Below, in pieces: positions 51,101 to 64,000 of a stretch of DNA of 64,000 nucleotides. The notes beneath the pieces were generated by a model. It made no database searches, had not been told where the DNA came from, and saw only the letters and a list, made by a program, of their open reading frames with translations. The DNA comes from Marsupella aquatica. Its lineage: Eukaryota; Plantae; Marchantiophyta. The number at the start of each line of letters is the position of its first letter. The stretch's first letter is position 1. The stretch is taken from NCBI GenBank assembly GCA_973895155.1, contig OZ316892.1:29456932-29520931 (forward strand). The letters run 5' to 3'. Made by a program: the position numbers and the translations under genes.

Positions 51101-51552
51101 ACGGGAGGGCCGAGCTCCAGTTTGCAATTTTGAACAGGTCTCGAGTCAAGCGGTCGAGTGAAAATCGACGAAGAGACAAGGTTAGGAAAGGTTTAGCATA
51201 TTTTAATGTGAAGGTAAGTGGATCGAATTTGGTGGAAAACTCCCTGAATTCTTCACAAGTTTGTGGACCACTGCATGGTACGGGCTGCTTATAATTGGAA
51301 CATCGATATATCTCCCAGGCTCCCCCAATTTTGATTGTACACATGTTTCCATATACACCAGGAGAGGTACCAGCAGCGGGAGCAGGGGTTTACAACTTAA
51401 GAAATCAATCATTGCAGATTGCTAGCCAGCTCGAATTGTCGACGCTAAGAAAAAGCGTCTGTCATCGACGCTAGCCAGCTCGAATTGTCTGTCATCGACG
51501 CTTTTTCTTAGGAGCTCGATGACAGGCTAGAGCGCGTCCAGGAGAGGTCGAG

Positions 51553-54500
51553 ATGAAGTATCTGACTAGGAGCCCAAGTCGAAAGGAGACGCTATGGGCC
51601 AGAGCAGGACGTCAGATCCTACGTGACAAGGGGGGCGGAGTACCGGGTCTAGCACTCAAAACCCGATCGATTCAGGCACTGTTTGCGGTTATCGTGATTA
51701 TCTTGTTCGCGACTGTCTTGACGGCTGGGTTTGCAATTTGTGAGACTATGTCATTGAACGCTCGCATGGGATTGACCTTCAACAAGCCTTCTCGCTTGCA
51801 AGGGCCGGCCAATTTGCAGCAAGACGTGGTAAGCAATTTAATTCAACTTGACATTGATGCTGAGCGATATCACCCTTCGTCGAATTCGACCACACTTTCA
51901 GTGCAGAATTCTGAAGCTCAGCAGAAGGATCTGAACGAGCGTGCGGAAGCCCGCATTGATGATTCGGATTACACGAATGATCTACTTGAGAACGATTTTA
52001 GTGGAGAAATACAACAACTCGACGACCAAGTGGGCGACGAGACTCATCATCAAACGACCTGGGCGACATCAAGTGCTCATCGCAATGTTAGTAGCCTCTT
52101 CTTACCCTCCCCCCAATTCGTCCTTTGCTTCCAAAATCTATGTTATTGCTCACGATGTGAGCGTTCTCCTTTCCTTACGTCTTCGTCCTTTGTCATCCCC
52201 GTTGATCTATTTCTTCTTTACAAAATTCTCCCCCGTGTCAATTAATTTGCCCTGGTTGGGCTTCATAGAGTCCTCGAACACTCGTTTCATTTTGTAAGTA
52301 TCAGAAGAAGCTGAAAATTGACGGCTCACTGGCTCGACACGGTACGCAGCAGTATTTAAATCCTACGTGATTATGGGGTGAACCTGAACATATTAATGTG
52401 AAGATGGAGTACCTCAGTCGTACTATTTTTTGCATTGAAATTATGTATGAGTGAACTTTACAGAAATAGTAATCAAGGATCAAAGACAACAATGTTTTTT
52501 GTTTTGTGGAGAGACCAAGTTTATCTTTCTTCTCCGTTCTTTTGACGGCAAATATGCAGAAACGAATTGGGTAATTAATAAGCAGGGGAGACTGAAAGTT
52601 GTCAAGATTCTAGATTGGAGCAGGGGTGTTATGGCATGAAAACTGATCAAGTTGAATTGCCTGGAAAGGAATGGAATCTGGAGATCTGAGGTGTCTGTCT
52701 TCCCGGCAGAGTAGAGGCACGTCCAAATAGGCCATGGATGGGCATGTTTGGACATGTGTTATGACGCGTGAAAGAACAGAGTTAAAGGTTCAGTCATCAA
52801 GTATTGATGATCTTGCGCCGTTTGCCAAATCTGGGGTTTTGAATTTATTATTATAATGCTTCCTTCGGGAGTGTGATGGATTTCTCATCACCCACGCCTT
52901 CTTCGTTTACGTGTGGGGAGTTCAAGGGGCATGGGATGAGACATCCCGAGTAGGAAGGATTGCGGCATTGGGGTCATTACACCCTGCTCCATCGTACCTG
53001 AGTCATTCTTTAAGCAACCACCGTAGAGGTTCATATGTCTTGTTCTGTGACGTCTGCCCGGATGTCTGTGTCAAACGTAAAACTCTTATAAGGTACTAGT
53101 GCCACCTTCTTGATTGATGTGGGCTATGAATTTGTCTTAGTCTAAGGTACGGTACTGCTGTAATGTCTTCTTCTCTGAAAGCCCGAGGACACACGAAACA
53201 CAGGTTAATCGAATTCCCCTTTCTTGACGCCGAGTACTAAACTGTATGCTGAGTAAATTGGACGAGGTTGACTGGTAGGCGATCCTGAGTCAACCTTTCC
53301 GTGCTGCTGGTGACTTGGGTTTAAGCTTCCTCGCAATCAGTACTGTAGTTCTGGGTCTCGCAGGCTATTGCGAAACTGTCCGTTCTCGGTTGTCCTCTAT
53401 TTGTAGTCACCGATTCGGACGAGTGGACCATTTTTTGGGATTTCAGACATTGGTTTAATTACGGGGTGATTTCAGGTTTTCACGGTGCAGCAATGTAGTC
53501 TTGTTTTAATTATTAGATTGCATCAGGACTTTCAGACGCGTACCGTCGTCGGGCTTGACAACTGGTTATTGTTTGGTTTTTTCATAATCAATTTTTCTTG
53601 TTCATGGGAAGTAGTGTTTCTCTCCCTAGTCTACACGTACTCTTCGAATATCCTCCTATGACGGGGGTTTGCGCGCATCTACAATCAACCATCCGACGAT
53701 CAGCTGCGTGATTACACCTCCGAAAGCAAGGTTACATCGATTGATATCTGTGGAGATCGGATGTTGTGGAGATCGGATGTTAGTCATGGAACTCCTTGAG
53801 GTCTAGATCTCGTCTCCCGTCGTTATAAGCTCGGACTCAACAATTCTGAATCACCTTCATCCCACTCTCGAAGGTCCTAACTATGGAAGTGCAGCGAAAC
53901 GACATGATCCAAAACCAAGCCCGTTTTCCGCTGCAGGTCAAGTTAGATTCGACACTCATTTGACATTCCATAAATTTCGTCTTTGTGCAACAGGATTCAA
54001 CGGGACTTGCAGATGCGATGTTGCAAAGTCCTAAGCTTACTACAGTCGGCCTAGTTCAAGACAGCTGGGTGCAGTTTCCAGATTTATACGCCAATACCGA
54101 TGAGATTGAGCAGGTCATGCTCGAGCTCGAGCAAAACGGAACGCATCCTTGCCACAAGGTCAGAACCAAAACAGCCTTAGTGTTGGGGCTGCCAGATAAG
54201 GTGGGGAATGAGGCGCATTACTCGGATAACGGACTAATCCAACTTGATGCCGGGCCAGTCTATGAACTGGTGATTGTCTCCATGGGAGATGATGAACAGC
54301 CTCGATGCTACGGAGGAGACTACTATGAGACGGATCTTAGCGGGCCTCGTTGGAAGTCCCGCCCTCCTGTGGTGGATCTCCACAATGGAACATATGCCGT
54401 TCACCTTCAAGTGGACCCTCGTTTTGCCGGCCGTTACACATTCACCGTGGTGTTGCTCTTCGCGAACTTCCATGCGCTGCACTTCCATCCCCAGAAGTAT

Positions 54501-55601
54501 GCTCGAATGGAGGACATAGCGAAGTTCGAGATCGAATTTTCGGTGCCTGATGAAATTCGGATTGGCAGCCCTGCATCTGAAGATGGGTTTAATAGGTCCA
54601 ACTCCGGCACTGCAGCAGCAGCTCCACGTGGTCTAGAGCTCCCGATGTGTAGACGCGAGGATTTTGATAAAAAGCATTGGAGTGGACGGTGGACACGAGA
54701 GAAATTCAATGAGGATTGCGACTATGACAGATATGGGCGGTGGCAGTGCGTTGATGCGGAGCTACAGTGCCAGAAGCCGTGGTGCGAGGGGCCAGTGGGG
54801 AGCTTGGAGAGCAATGGCTGGGTTTACTCGGCTCACTGCGCGTTCAAGATTTTCAGGACAGAGGAAGCGTGGAAGTGTTTGGATGGCAAGTGGCTCTTCT
54901 TCTGGGGGGATTCCAATCACATCGACACGATCCGGAACCTTCTGAATTTCGTCCTCGGGTTCAACCACACAATCACTTTTCTGGATCGGAGAATGGACGT
55001 GACCTACTCTTCACCAGACAACCAATCGTCGGTCCGCATCACCAGTATGTTCAATGGCCACTCGAACGTGTCACTGAACTACGAGGGCCTGCATTCTCTC
55101 CACAACGAAGAATTTGCAGCCCAGCTCCGATCCTACTTCACTGGGGAGACTGCCCCGGACCTAATGATTATGAACTCAGGTCTACATGACGGATTGTACT
55201 GGAGAACCATCGACGCGTATCTAGAACAGGGCATCGAACGTGCAGCTCAGTTCTGGAGCGATACCTGGAACAGCATGACCGCAAGGAGACCCGACCTCTT
55301 CTACAGAACCACGGTTGCCACGGGCGGACATGCTCGCAACATGTCGTTCAATCCTCACAAGATGGAGCTCTTCAACCATATGATGGTAGATAAGTTACTC
55401 AAAATGAAGCTCGAGAGGTTTCAGATCATCGACGGGTTCGATTACACGTTCCCTTGGCACTGGGATCACAAGACCAACGATGGAGTACACTACGGTCGAC
55501 CACCAGCGAAGAGCAAGTGGGCCGGGAGTAATATAGGTCACCGATATTTCGTAGACTTGATGTTGATTCAAATGCTCTTGAATGCAATCTGCGTTCAGTA
55601 A
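51553..55601 (+). CDS. Type II membrane protein with an Ig/filamin-like domain and an SGNH-type PC-esterase domain (NXPE-like); exons 51553-52086 and 53994-55601
   Basis: N-terminal TM helix ALFAVIVIILFATVLTAGFAI; GGDYYETDLSGPRWKSRPPVVDLHNGTY; catalytic-type WGDSNH and DGVHY. Phase-0 junction AAT|GTTAGT...CAACAG|GAT. Confidence 0.85.
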
Positions 55602-57004
55602 GCTCAAGGCACGAGCCCAACTTAGTATCTAGACCCCAGAATTGACGAAATCAATGCTCATCTAATAGACTGCATGGCTAGCAAAGAAAGATTTAAAAAC
55701 TAGGGAGCTCTAAATATACCCTAAAAAGCTCTCAGGATGGATGTAATCAATGTTGCAGGACCTGTCCCAGTCTATTCGGTGAGCAGGATTTGGTGAGAAG
55801 ACCGATTACTGATACGGTATTCACTTGAATTGATCCGAGGCTACAAGAGCTGAAGGTCGACACTTTACATGAGGTACTTTATAAAAACTACTACATTAGG
55901 TGATGGATCCGACAGTGACTGTACATACGCTCGTGCATGCACAAAGCTGAGGTGTTGAAAATGGCTTAGGACTACAATTTGACAGTCATTTGATGCTTAA
56001 AATGATTAATAAACAGCTGGGAATTTGTAGCGTGTAAGCCTTCTCCCTTGTACTCAAGCAACTTGGGCAATGTAGGCATCGTACGATGACTACGATTTGC
56101 CATTACCTTCTAGGCTTGCTTGAAAAGATGCGCTCACTTGGGTCGATCTGCTCGAAACTAGAATGGGTCGAAGTTATTGAAGCAGGCTCAGAGCTGAGAA
56201 TTGACACACACAGGTAGCTCGATCGACCGTGGACTTCGAAAAACATTTCTCTTTGTATATAATAATTGAGACCAAAATTTCCGAGTCAATAATAGTCCCC
56301 TTTAGCAAATCTACGTCTGACAGTTTTCGTGAACTGAGCTCTTGGAGCTCTCCCTTTTGATCCACCGAACCTAACAGACTGGGACAGGTCCTGCAAATCT
56401 GGGAATCTCCCGATAGTATTAATGGTAAAGCACTTTGGGTTCACGTACTAGACGTTGTACAAGATACGAGATTGCAATGAGTCCGCGAAAATTGACCACA
56501 GATTCCCACAATTGCAATTCAATGTATAATCCTTCTTAGGTCTCTGCAACCAGTTTCTGTGCCTCAGACCAGGTTCAAACTTCAAAGCTGACTGCATTTC
56601 ATGGTGACTACTCCATGCTCCCTTCCCGGCCGATCCTTTCACAAATCACAATGGACCAGTTTCCCCTACATTAGACCATCAAATTGCAATTTTCCCAATC
56701 GACATATTTGCCGACGGACCACATATTCAAGTAACGATACATAGTACTTACTGCATTTCCTGGCGAAACCTGTTGATAACCCTAAACGCTCTGTTTAAGA
56801 TGGGAGATGTTATTTGTCGAACGGCAAGCTATTTTACATTGTCCAGCTTCAGGCCCTATTCGAGATGTCCTGTCTGTCTCATTGTGTACCAGTCCAGTGG
56901 GAACACACTGTCCATGCGCGCATTCGAAGTTACTATGTAGCTCACAGCGGAAGCAATGTCCAGGCTCCAATTATGGGCGTTGAACTGGAGCAAATGCCCC
57001 CGGA

Positions 57005-57292
57005 GTAGAAAACAATCAGACAAATGTGGCAGGCTTTAAGAAAGGATAATAATATTGCAGTCGGTTGTTTGCATCGAATGAATTAATTTCTATTGACAGG
57101 AGACAGTTGTATAGGATTCGACATTCCCGGCTACACCAGGATGAATTGGAGAAATTGCCATCGGATTAGAAAACAATCAGAAAAATGTGGCAGACTTTAA
57201 GAAGAGACGACAAAACTGCAATCGGTTGCTTGCATCGAAAGGATTTCTACTGACAAAAGACGGTTGTATCGGATTCGATATTCCCAGCTAAA
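57005..57292. repeat. ~162-bp tandem duplication
   Basis: TAGAAAACAATCAGA.AAATGTGGCAG.CTTTAAGAA...TTGCATCGAA...GGATTCGA.ATTCCC.GCTA occurs twice. Confidence 0.85.
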
Positions 57293-57429
57293 CCGAGAGG
57301 TGCTGACGAGACTCTTGTGATTTCTACGGCATTCCAGTGATGTCTACTTCAACGATTTCACATAATTATAAAGAATTGGCTCTTGAATAATTGGATTAAA
57401 CTCTCACTGAAACAAATTTATTTATTTTG

Positions 57430-58745
57430 CCTCAAAAAAACAAACTGAATTCACATTCAAATAGTCAACATACAAAGAAAGAGGGGAGCCACCCAAAGGG
57501 CCACACCCCAACAGACCTAAGGTGATGTGCTAAAAACCGGTGAAACAGGTGCCAGGGGAGAAGCTGACCCTCGGAAAGAGGCAACTAAACAAGTAAAATA
57601 GATACTACAGCGGGAGCAGAACACTCCTAAGACCAGCCAGTGATCAGGTCCTGGCAAGATTCCATCCAGTGGGTCCGTGAAAGAGGGTAAGTTCTATCAG
57701 TCAATTTGTAGTGTAGCCACACAGTCACCCGTTGTAACCAATACGCTCAGGATGGGGGGGGGGGGCGGGCAGACCGGTGGGATCTGCAAGACCTTTTAAA
57801 GTCCAGCCCAGGTACCATAGTCAAACAAGAAATCATTGTAGGTCTTGCCCAAGACAGATTTCCTTACTCTAATTCTAGTTCGGTATCTAGCCCAATCTCG
57901 CCAAAGGTAGATCCGCAAACAATGTCATGATTTCTGAATAACCCAGTGGGGATTTGGCCCAGTGTGTTCAGTGAAATGTAGGCTTTTGTCCTTCCAGATA
58001 TTCCAGCAGATTATTGCTCTGAGTGTACCACAATTTCACTGGAATGTCTCATTCATCCTGTAATGGCTCTCCTACAAATATGTGAGCTGTATGCAGTTGA
58101 AGCGATTCCGAGGAAAGGCAACATGCTGTAAAAAGAAATGTACCCAATGCCATACCACCTAGCTGAGAGATAGGGCAGCCCCATCTGCAGTGAATGATAT
58201 CTTCTTGTTCATCCAGATTGCATTGGGTGCACCAGGTGTTGGGATCTGACAGGGGTAATGTTGGGGACCCGCCAATGTTGCGTGCAGGAATTCGGTAAAT
58301 TAATTGCCAAAGGTAGCAAATCTCGCTAGCAGCCCTGAAAGGTAACCAGGTGTTCTTCCAAAGCAAATCCAGATCAGGACACCAACCCAGCCGAGCTGCC
58401 CACTTGGGTACTGCTTTGTGTGTATTAGATTGAGGCGGCCCCTGGATACTCCTAAGGTGGGCAGTATTTGTGTCCAAAAAGGACTTCCCATCCTTTCACT
58501 CATACTGCAGTAGTGGGGAAAGCAAGTTCATGGGCCTCCCAATGTGCTGATGGTGAGTCGTTGCAACCCCAGATTCTAACTGCCACCCGACGAAGTAGAG
58601 TGCCGTTGGGTGGGCGGTGTTCTCTGATTTGAGGAGTAGTCCATTGGTTACCTTGAAAGTACTCCTAGGTGTAGAGATGGCGTGAAATTGTTGCCATTGC
58701 GATGTAATCTGATTCCTCTGAATGAGGTACTTCCAGATGCGCATT
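57430..58745 (-). mobile_element. Degenerate L1-type LINE 3' fragment
   Basis: LWKNTW...YLWQLIYRIPA...CTQCNLDEQEDIIHCRWGCP matches the zf-RVT CX2C...H...C motif of plant L1 ORF2. Followed by a frameshifted IICWNIWKDK segment. Confidence 0.8.
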
Positions 58746-60407
58746 CTAACTCTGAAACAAAATTTTGATCAAGGACTTACTAAGGTTGAAGCTTCAAGAT
58801 TGGGTGAGAGAGAATCCAATGAATTTTGGAAGAATGAGTACTTTATAATCAAACCCATCATAAGGAATAAATTACAGTAGTAACATTAATGGGCACTACA
58901 ATAATAAGTATTACATACAACAGTCACTCACTTCTACTAGTAACCTGTTCAGCATTTCAAGGTGTTCTGTAGCTTTTTGGATCTTAGTGAATATTGACCA
59001 GAAACTGCGGTTACTCTCAAGGAATCAAAAATAATAATCGAAGTGTCAATCGAGGTGTCTCAACCCCACTTTTGCAGGATTATGTGTGTTAACTCTGCTT
59101 GAACAAAAAATAATTGTAAGTGTCACTAGAGGCATCTGAAACTCACTTTTGGGGGGATGTGTGTTAAAAACCTATTCACTGAGTTGAGTTTTGAACCAGC
59201 CGCGCCACCTGCATCGCCCCACTCTTGCACTCTACAGCTTGCCCATGGCCTGGAGGACATTGGTAATAGTATTTCTTAGGTATTTATTTTCATTTTTTGT
59301 GCATCTAACCTGCAACCAGTGGCTACCGGCAGCCACTGACTAATGGAGGAAACTCAAGGGACAGCATTTAATGTGACTTCCATGATTTTTAGAAGGAAAT
59401 GAACAGCCCACTATGTACTAAGTTGGAGTAAATTAATATTCATGTTACGTACAATCCAGTACTGTAATAGCAAACAAGACGGCCTTGTTTGGGTAACACT
59501 GAAACACAATAAAATGGTCAGACACTAGTGTATGAAAATTAGATAAGGAATATCCTCACGATCTTTTTGTTTTAAGATGACTTTTACCAATAAAGAAAAA
59601 TCTTAATAATTACCTTTCCCAACCGCAACGAACAGGTTCCATCATAGAAAGCTTCCAGGAATTTGATAGCGCCCATTGGATAGAATAGCATTGATTGTTG
59701 GCGATAAATGTCAGTCTAAAGTTGGATTCACTTAATAATGACCTTTCCACTCCCGCCAAATCGAATGGACAGGTTCCATCATTTCAATGGGATACAAAGC
59801 TTCCACAAATTGATGTGACCCATTGGATGGAGTATGGTCGGTTGTTGGTCCAAAAGTCAGTCCCACTTGGATTGATTTTCTGGTGATTATGAGGTGGCTG
59901 ACTAGGACCCATATCCATCTCAAGGTCTTCACCTACTGTAGTGGGCTGTGGCTGTGTAACGTTCTGCCAGGGGTGCTATGTAATTGTAATTGCACATGAA
60001 AAGGTAGGACAAATAACACCGAAGCACACCTTGACTTTTAAATGGGAGAAGTACTCCTATGATGTTTTCCTTACTATATTTTGGAATAAGTAGTCAAAGC
60101 CATTTGAGATGTTCAGGGGTAATTCCAAAGTCACCAGCTTGCATTCAGCAATGAAGTGAGGGAACTTAAGAGGCAGTGTTTGTTTTTGTGGTGAAAATTT
60201 GCCACTTCCACCCCCAATTCCACCTCCATCCAAAATCTTCACCAGGTTTGGCTAAAAACCACCAACCTTGTTGAGTGTTATTAGCCAGTTTCCCACCAAG
60301 TCCCAGGATCTACTAGTCAAGCTCTGACGGCTCCTCTTCAAACTACAGAGAGCTAAGGGTCTTGGATTAATCTACAAAATATAACTTCACACAGGGGGCC
60401 CCAGCTA

Positions 60408-60578
60408 ATTTATTCAAACACAAGGCCAATATTTCAAACACTTATTCAAACCCTTTTATTGTTTGAACAGGGTTTGAATAGAATATTTCAAACACCTATT
60501 CAAACACACTCTTCAAAATAGCTCCATGGAATAGTGACCAAACACACTCTTCAAAATAGCTCCATGAATAGTGACCAC
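60408..60578. repeat. Micro-repeat cluster
   Basis: TATTCAAAC/TTTCAAAC units in both orientations, plus a ~39-bp duplication AAACACACTCTTCAAAATAGCTCCATG..AATAGTGACCA. Confidence 0.75.
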
Positions 60579-62089
60579 TATTCCAGTTGTGTTTCAGGGA
60601 AGATTGGGGGGAAAACGGTAGTCTAGGAAATATAGATAGGAACATTCCTAAGCTCACAAGAGGGGACACCGACCGAATAATAAAGAGCCTTAAAAATTAC
60701 CCTGTTGCTGTTGGAGTATCGAGTCAAAAGTATTTATGAACGACGATTCGAGCATCCAAGTCAGAGGCAATGGAGAGAATGAATCAGTGTCTCAATTAAT
60801 TTTAAAGTTCCATGGTCTCCAGCGATGCACAAGAGTGAGAACAGCTTCAGCACTCAGCAGAATGATGATGTTCTGCCACCATCCTGGAATACCGTCCTTT
60901 CTCCGCTTTCGTGACATTATTATTGTCGATCTTCCCAAGTGATGATTCAGGTCTAGCACGATGGCAGAGCAGCATCAGCGAGTCCCAGCCCGGTTTTTAG
61001 TAGATCAAGGAGCTGACTTCATGGAAGCCCGAAGGTCCATGAAATCGATAAGATCAGGTATTGGATGAAATCTCGACAGTCATCGATGTCTGCAGTCTTG
61101 GAACTCTCCTACTGTACCTTTGCTGTCCTCTTGCACTGCTGTCTTGTGGGGGATCAAAGATGAGAAGTGGAGATTCTATGGATTTGAAGGTTTTGGTTGT
61201 TGGTGCTCCGAGTTGTGGTGAATGGTCATTAATTACAGCCTGGACATTGTGTATGACTGTAGTGTCTTTAGTAACCTAGTCTGTTAGGAGGACGTCATTG
61301 AATTACTTTTGATCGTCGAAGAAATGATTAAAGAATAGATTGAAGATGTCGTTGACGAATTTCCTTGTACGTTACTAGTACCGAATGTACAGTAATGGGG
61401 CATGATTGCGCTTTCCATCGTTCCTACTTTCTCGTGGCTGCTGACAATCCTCAGCTTGGAGCACAGGATTCATGATGGACTGTGATGGTCCTACGACTTT
61501 TCTGGTAAATACAGTCGTCGATCTGATTGATATCATTCTCTCCATTTATTCTTTGTGCGGTTGAATATCTTAATTAATACAAAGAATGTGAACTGTAGAG
61601 AATTGTTAAATTATCTCAAAATGTTGTGCTTACAGGGATATAAATGAAAAGGTTCTCACGTTCCAAGACTCGAGTGATCGACGACAAGAAGGACCCTTTA
61701 GATCCTCACGGTGGGTGTCTCTGAAACAGGGAACTTTGCTGGCGCTGGTATAGTGTTTTCTGTTTTCGCGCTTTCTTCGCTTTTTGGTTCGAGTAGCAGT
61801 TCGACAGTTGGATCACGTGTCTCTGCACAAGAAACTTTGCTGGCACTAGTAATAGAGTGTTCTCTGTTTCCGCCCATCCGCCGCTTTTAGCTTTAAAGGA
61901 CCACTTCGACAGTTGGATTACGGGCATTCCTATTGGGAAAGTAGGTGATCGAGGTGGAGAAAAGACACGTAACACCTTGCTTGCTGATCTCGAGACGCTC
62001 AGCTGAATGGAAGCATTGGTCATCTCCATCAGGAGATATGCAGAAGGTCATCTCAGAAATCCCCATAGCAAGCGAGATTTCTAACAAGT

Positions 62090-64000
62090 ATGGTAAATGC
62101 AGCAATCGTCCGATCCGGTGTCAGCTCGGATGAAGGGAAGAAGAGTCGCAGGGCTACGAAGAATACCGCAACATCGCTGAACCAAATGAGGAATGCTGCC
62201 ATGCAGCAAAAGATCAGGAAGGCTGATCCCCTCCATAAGTACAGAGTGGCAGTATCGTCCGATGGTCCTGCAAAGAGACACAGTGCTGCTGGCAACAGGA
62301 AGGAAGTTCTCTACCCCAAGTCAAAACAGCCGATCCCGGAACGTTCAAGACTTGAAGATGAGAATGAAGTCACGCTATCCACAGTGAAGAAAATGCAATC
62401 GCGCAGATCACTTCGTGCAGCAGTCAAGGAAATGAGACATCAGGAGGATTTGTGGTCAGCCAAAGATATCACTAATGGCAAGTCTCAACAACCGCAAGCG
62501 GATGTGAGGGTGGCTACAGATATCACAAACAGCCAGTCTCATCAAAATCAAGCAGATCTGAGGGCCGCCGCTCAGGATATCACCGAAAAGCATTATCAAT
62601 TTCAAGCAAATGTTGGGGTAGCCAATGACATTACCGACGTCAAGTCTCATGAATCTCAAACAAACATGAGGGCAGCCAAAGATACTACCGAGAGCAATTC
62701 AAATCAAAGTCATGCACATTTGACGGCAGCGAACGAGAAGATCAACAAGAGCAAGTCTCAAGAACCTCAAGTAGATCTGTGGGCCGCCGAGGAGATCAGC
62801 AAGACAAATCAACCTCAAGCAGACAACTGGCCTGCGGAGGGTGTCACCAGTAGCAGGTCTCAACCTCGTGTACCACCAGGTCCGCAAACCCTGGAGGTCG
62901 TCGTTCCTGTGATTCAGAAGCTAGCGCCCCATACACTGGGACGAGCTAGGAGCACTAAATCTCCAACTAAGACGCTAGTGGCAAAGCCTCAATTAAGCAA
63001 CACATCCAGTCAGCCGCTCAAGCCTTCTTTCACAATTAAGCAAGGCAGCACAGGACTACACCATACATGCTTCGAACCTAGGGTGACCACCTACTCCACT
63101 GCAATCGTCACAGCTGATGCTTCCACATCGACAATCAAGCGCACTCGCCAACCATCATTGCGAGCTGACACTGCGGCCCTGTCGTCGAGAGGCAAACAGT
63201 TGGTGGATGTCAACTTAGAAAGTGCCCCAGGATCTCCCTTCTCCTCAGCAACTACTTCGGAATTTGAGATGTGCAATCCCTGCCCATCTCCATTGCCAGT
63301 GGAGATATTGGTCCTATCTCCTCGACCCGACGGCCCAGTACATGTCAAGCAAGTAAGTGCCACCTGGGCAGCGAGTCAAGAAACTACGAAGAGCAATCCA
63401 TCCCCGGATGAGTTGTTTGAAGGATTCAACATCTTCAGCTCTTCAATCCCAGAAACTAGAACTTGTAGTGTTTCGACGTCTCCTCAGGTGAAGACACCAG
63501 TGCAGGATTCTCATCGACAGTTCCGGTCAAATTCTTCAATTGGTAGTCTCAGGCATCAGTTCGTGATGGAAGCTACGGAGATCAAGGGTCCCAACAAGCC
63601 CTGGCATTTCATGCATAGGTCCGGATCACACAAAGCTGTGTTGTTCTCCAATCCTGCATTCGCTCCAGCATCGCCTGATGGAGCACGGCCTGCATCAGAG
63701 AAACTGCAACGGCCAGTTGCTGCTACTCCGCCGCAGTCACCCTCTCGCTCAATATCAGCAAGTCGAAGCGTCATGGACCGAATTGGACGGTCAATTAGTG
63801 CGGGTCGTCGCTCCATGTCACCTGACATCACAAGACGGCTTAATTGCACTCGACAGAAGTTTGCGTATATATCACCCGTGAAGTCTCTACCATCTCTCAT
63901 CTCAAGGTTGCCCTCAAGAGGGAAGAGGAAGCCATCACCGGTACCGAGAGCGAGCGTACTTAAATCCAATTCTTGTACTAGACCATCTCCCCAATCTAAG
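62090..64000 (+). CDS. Long Ser/Pro/Arg-rich hypothetical protein (at least 637 codons, open at the window edge) with 18-aa repeats
   Basis: Hand translation from the ATG at 62090 (MVNAAIVRSGVSSDEGKK...) meets no stop through 64000. It is missing from the ORF track, presumably because it has no stop in the window. Confidence 0.7.
   Translation, partial: MVNAAIVRSGVSSDEGKKSRRATKNTATSLNQMRNAAMQQKIRKADPLHKYRVAVSSDGPAKRHSAAGNRKEVLYPKSKQPIPERSRLEDENEVTLSTVKKMQSRRSLRAAVKEMRHQEDLWSAKDITNGKSQQPQADVRVATDITNSQSHQNQADLRAAAQDITEKHYQFQANVGVANDITDVKSHESQTNMRAAKDTTESNSNQSHAHLTAANEKINKSKSQEPQVDLWAAEEISKTNQPQADNWPAEGVTSSRSQPRVPPGPQTLEVVVPVIQKLAPHTLGRARSTKSPTKTLVAKPQLSNTSSQPLKPSFTIKQGSTGLHHTCFEPRVTTYSTAIVTADASTSTIKRTRQPSLRADTAALSSRGKQLVDVNLESAPGSPFSSATTSEFEMCNPCPSPLPVEILVLSPRPDGPVHVKQVSATWAASQETTKSNPSPDELFEGFNIFSSSIPETRTCSVSTSPQVKTPVQDSHRQFRSNSSIGSLRHQFVMEATEIKGPNKPWHFMHRSGSHKAVLFSNPAFAPASPDGARPASEKLQRPVAATPPQSPSRSISASRSVMDRIGRSISAGRRSMSPDITRRLNCTRQKFAYISPVKSLPSLISRLPSRGKRKPSPVPRASVLKSNSCTRPSPQSK

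Noticed and set aside
49430-51130. Possible miRNA locus or coding exons in a GC-richer stretch
   Set aside because: Only short duplications and featureless ORFs are present; I recognised no known miRNA, convincing hairpin or domain.

Overview
Eukaryotic nuclear DNA from a land plant; gene content and intron style suggest a bryophyte such as a liverwort (inference). Host genes: first exon of a UDP-glycosyltransferase, a 3-exon chaperonin-10, a 4-exon HCF164 thioredoxin, a 2-exon PC-esterase/NXPE-like membrane protein, and a long low-complexity ORF that runs off the right edge. Also present: a 5'-truncated Bianca-like Ty1/copia, L1 LINE remnants, an F-box/kelch pseudogene, and a duplicated block carrying two intronless, fungal-looking RNase HI genes. 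The main feature is a structurally complete 9,147-bp Mutator-like element (21829-30975) with ~275-bp TIRs and a perfect 9-bp TSD; an empty paralogous target site lies at 41157-41165. The element carries a MULE/SWIM transposase and a convergent, unrecognised 7-exon C2H2/acidic gene. Dozens of copies of one ~11-bp motif (GTTYATGTTCT) fill its TIRs, introns and intergenic arrays, and they flip strand at the convergence point. This looks like a candidate factor-plus-binding-site system analogous to Arabidopsis VANDAL/VANC anti-silencing. All exon boundaries, motif counts and identities were read by eye.
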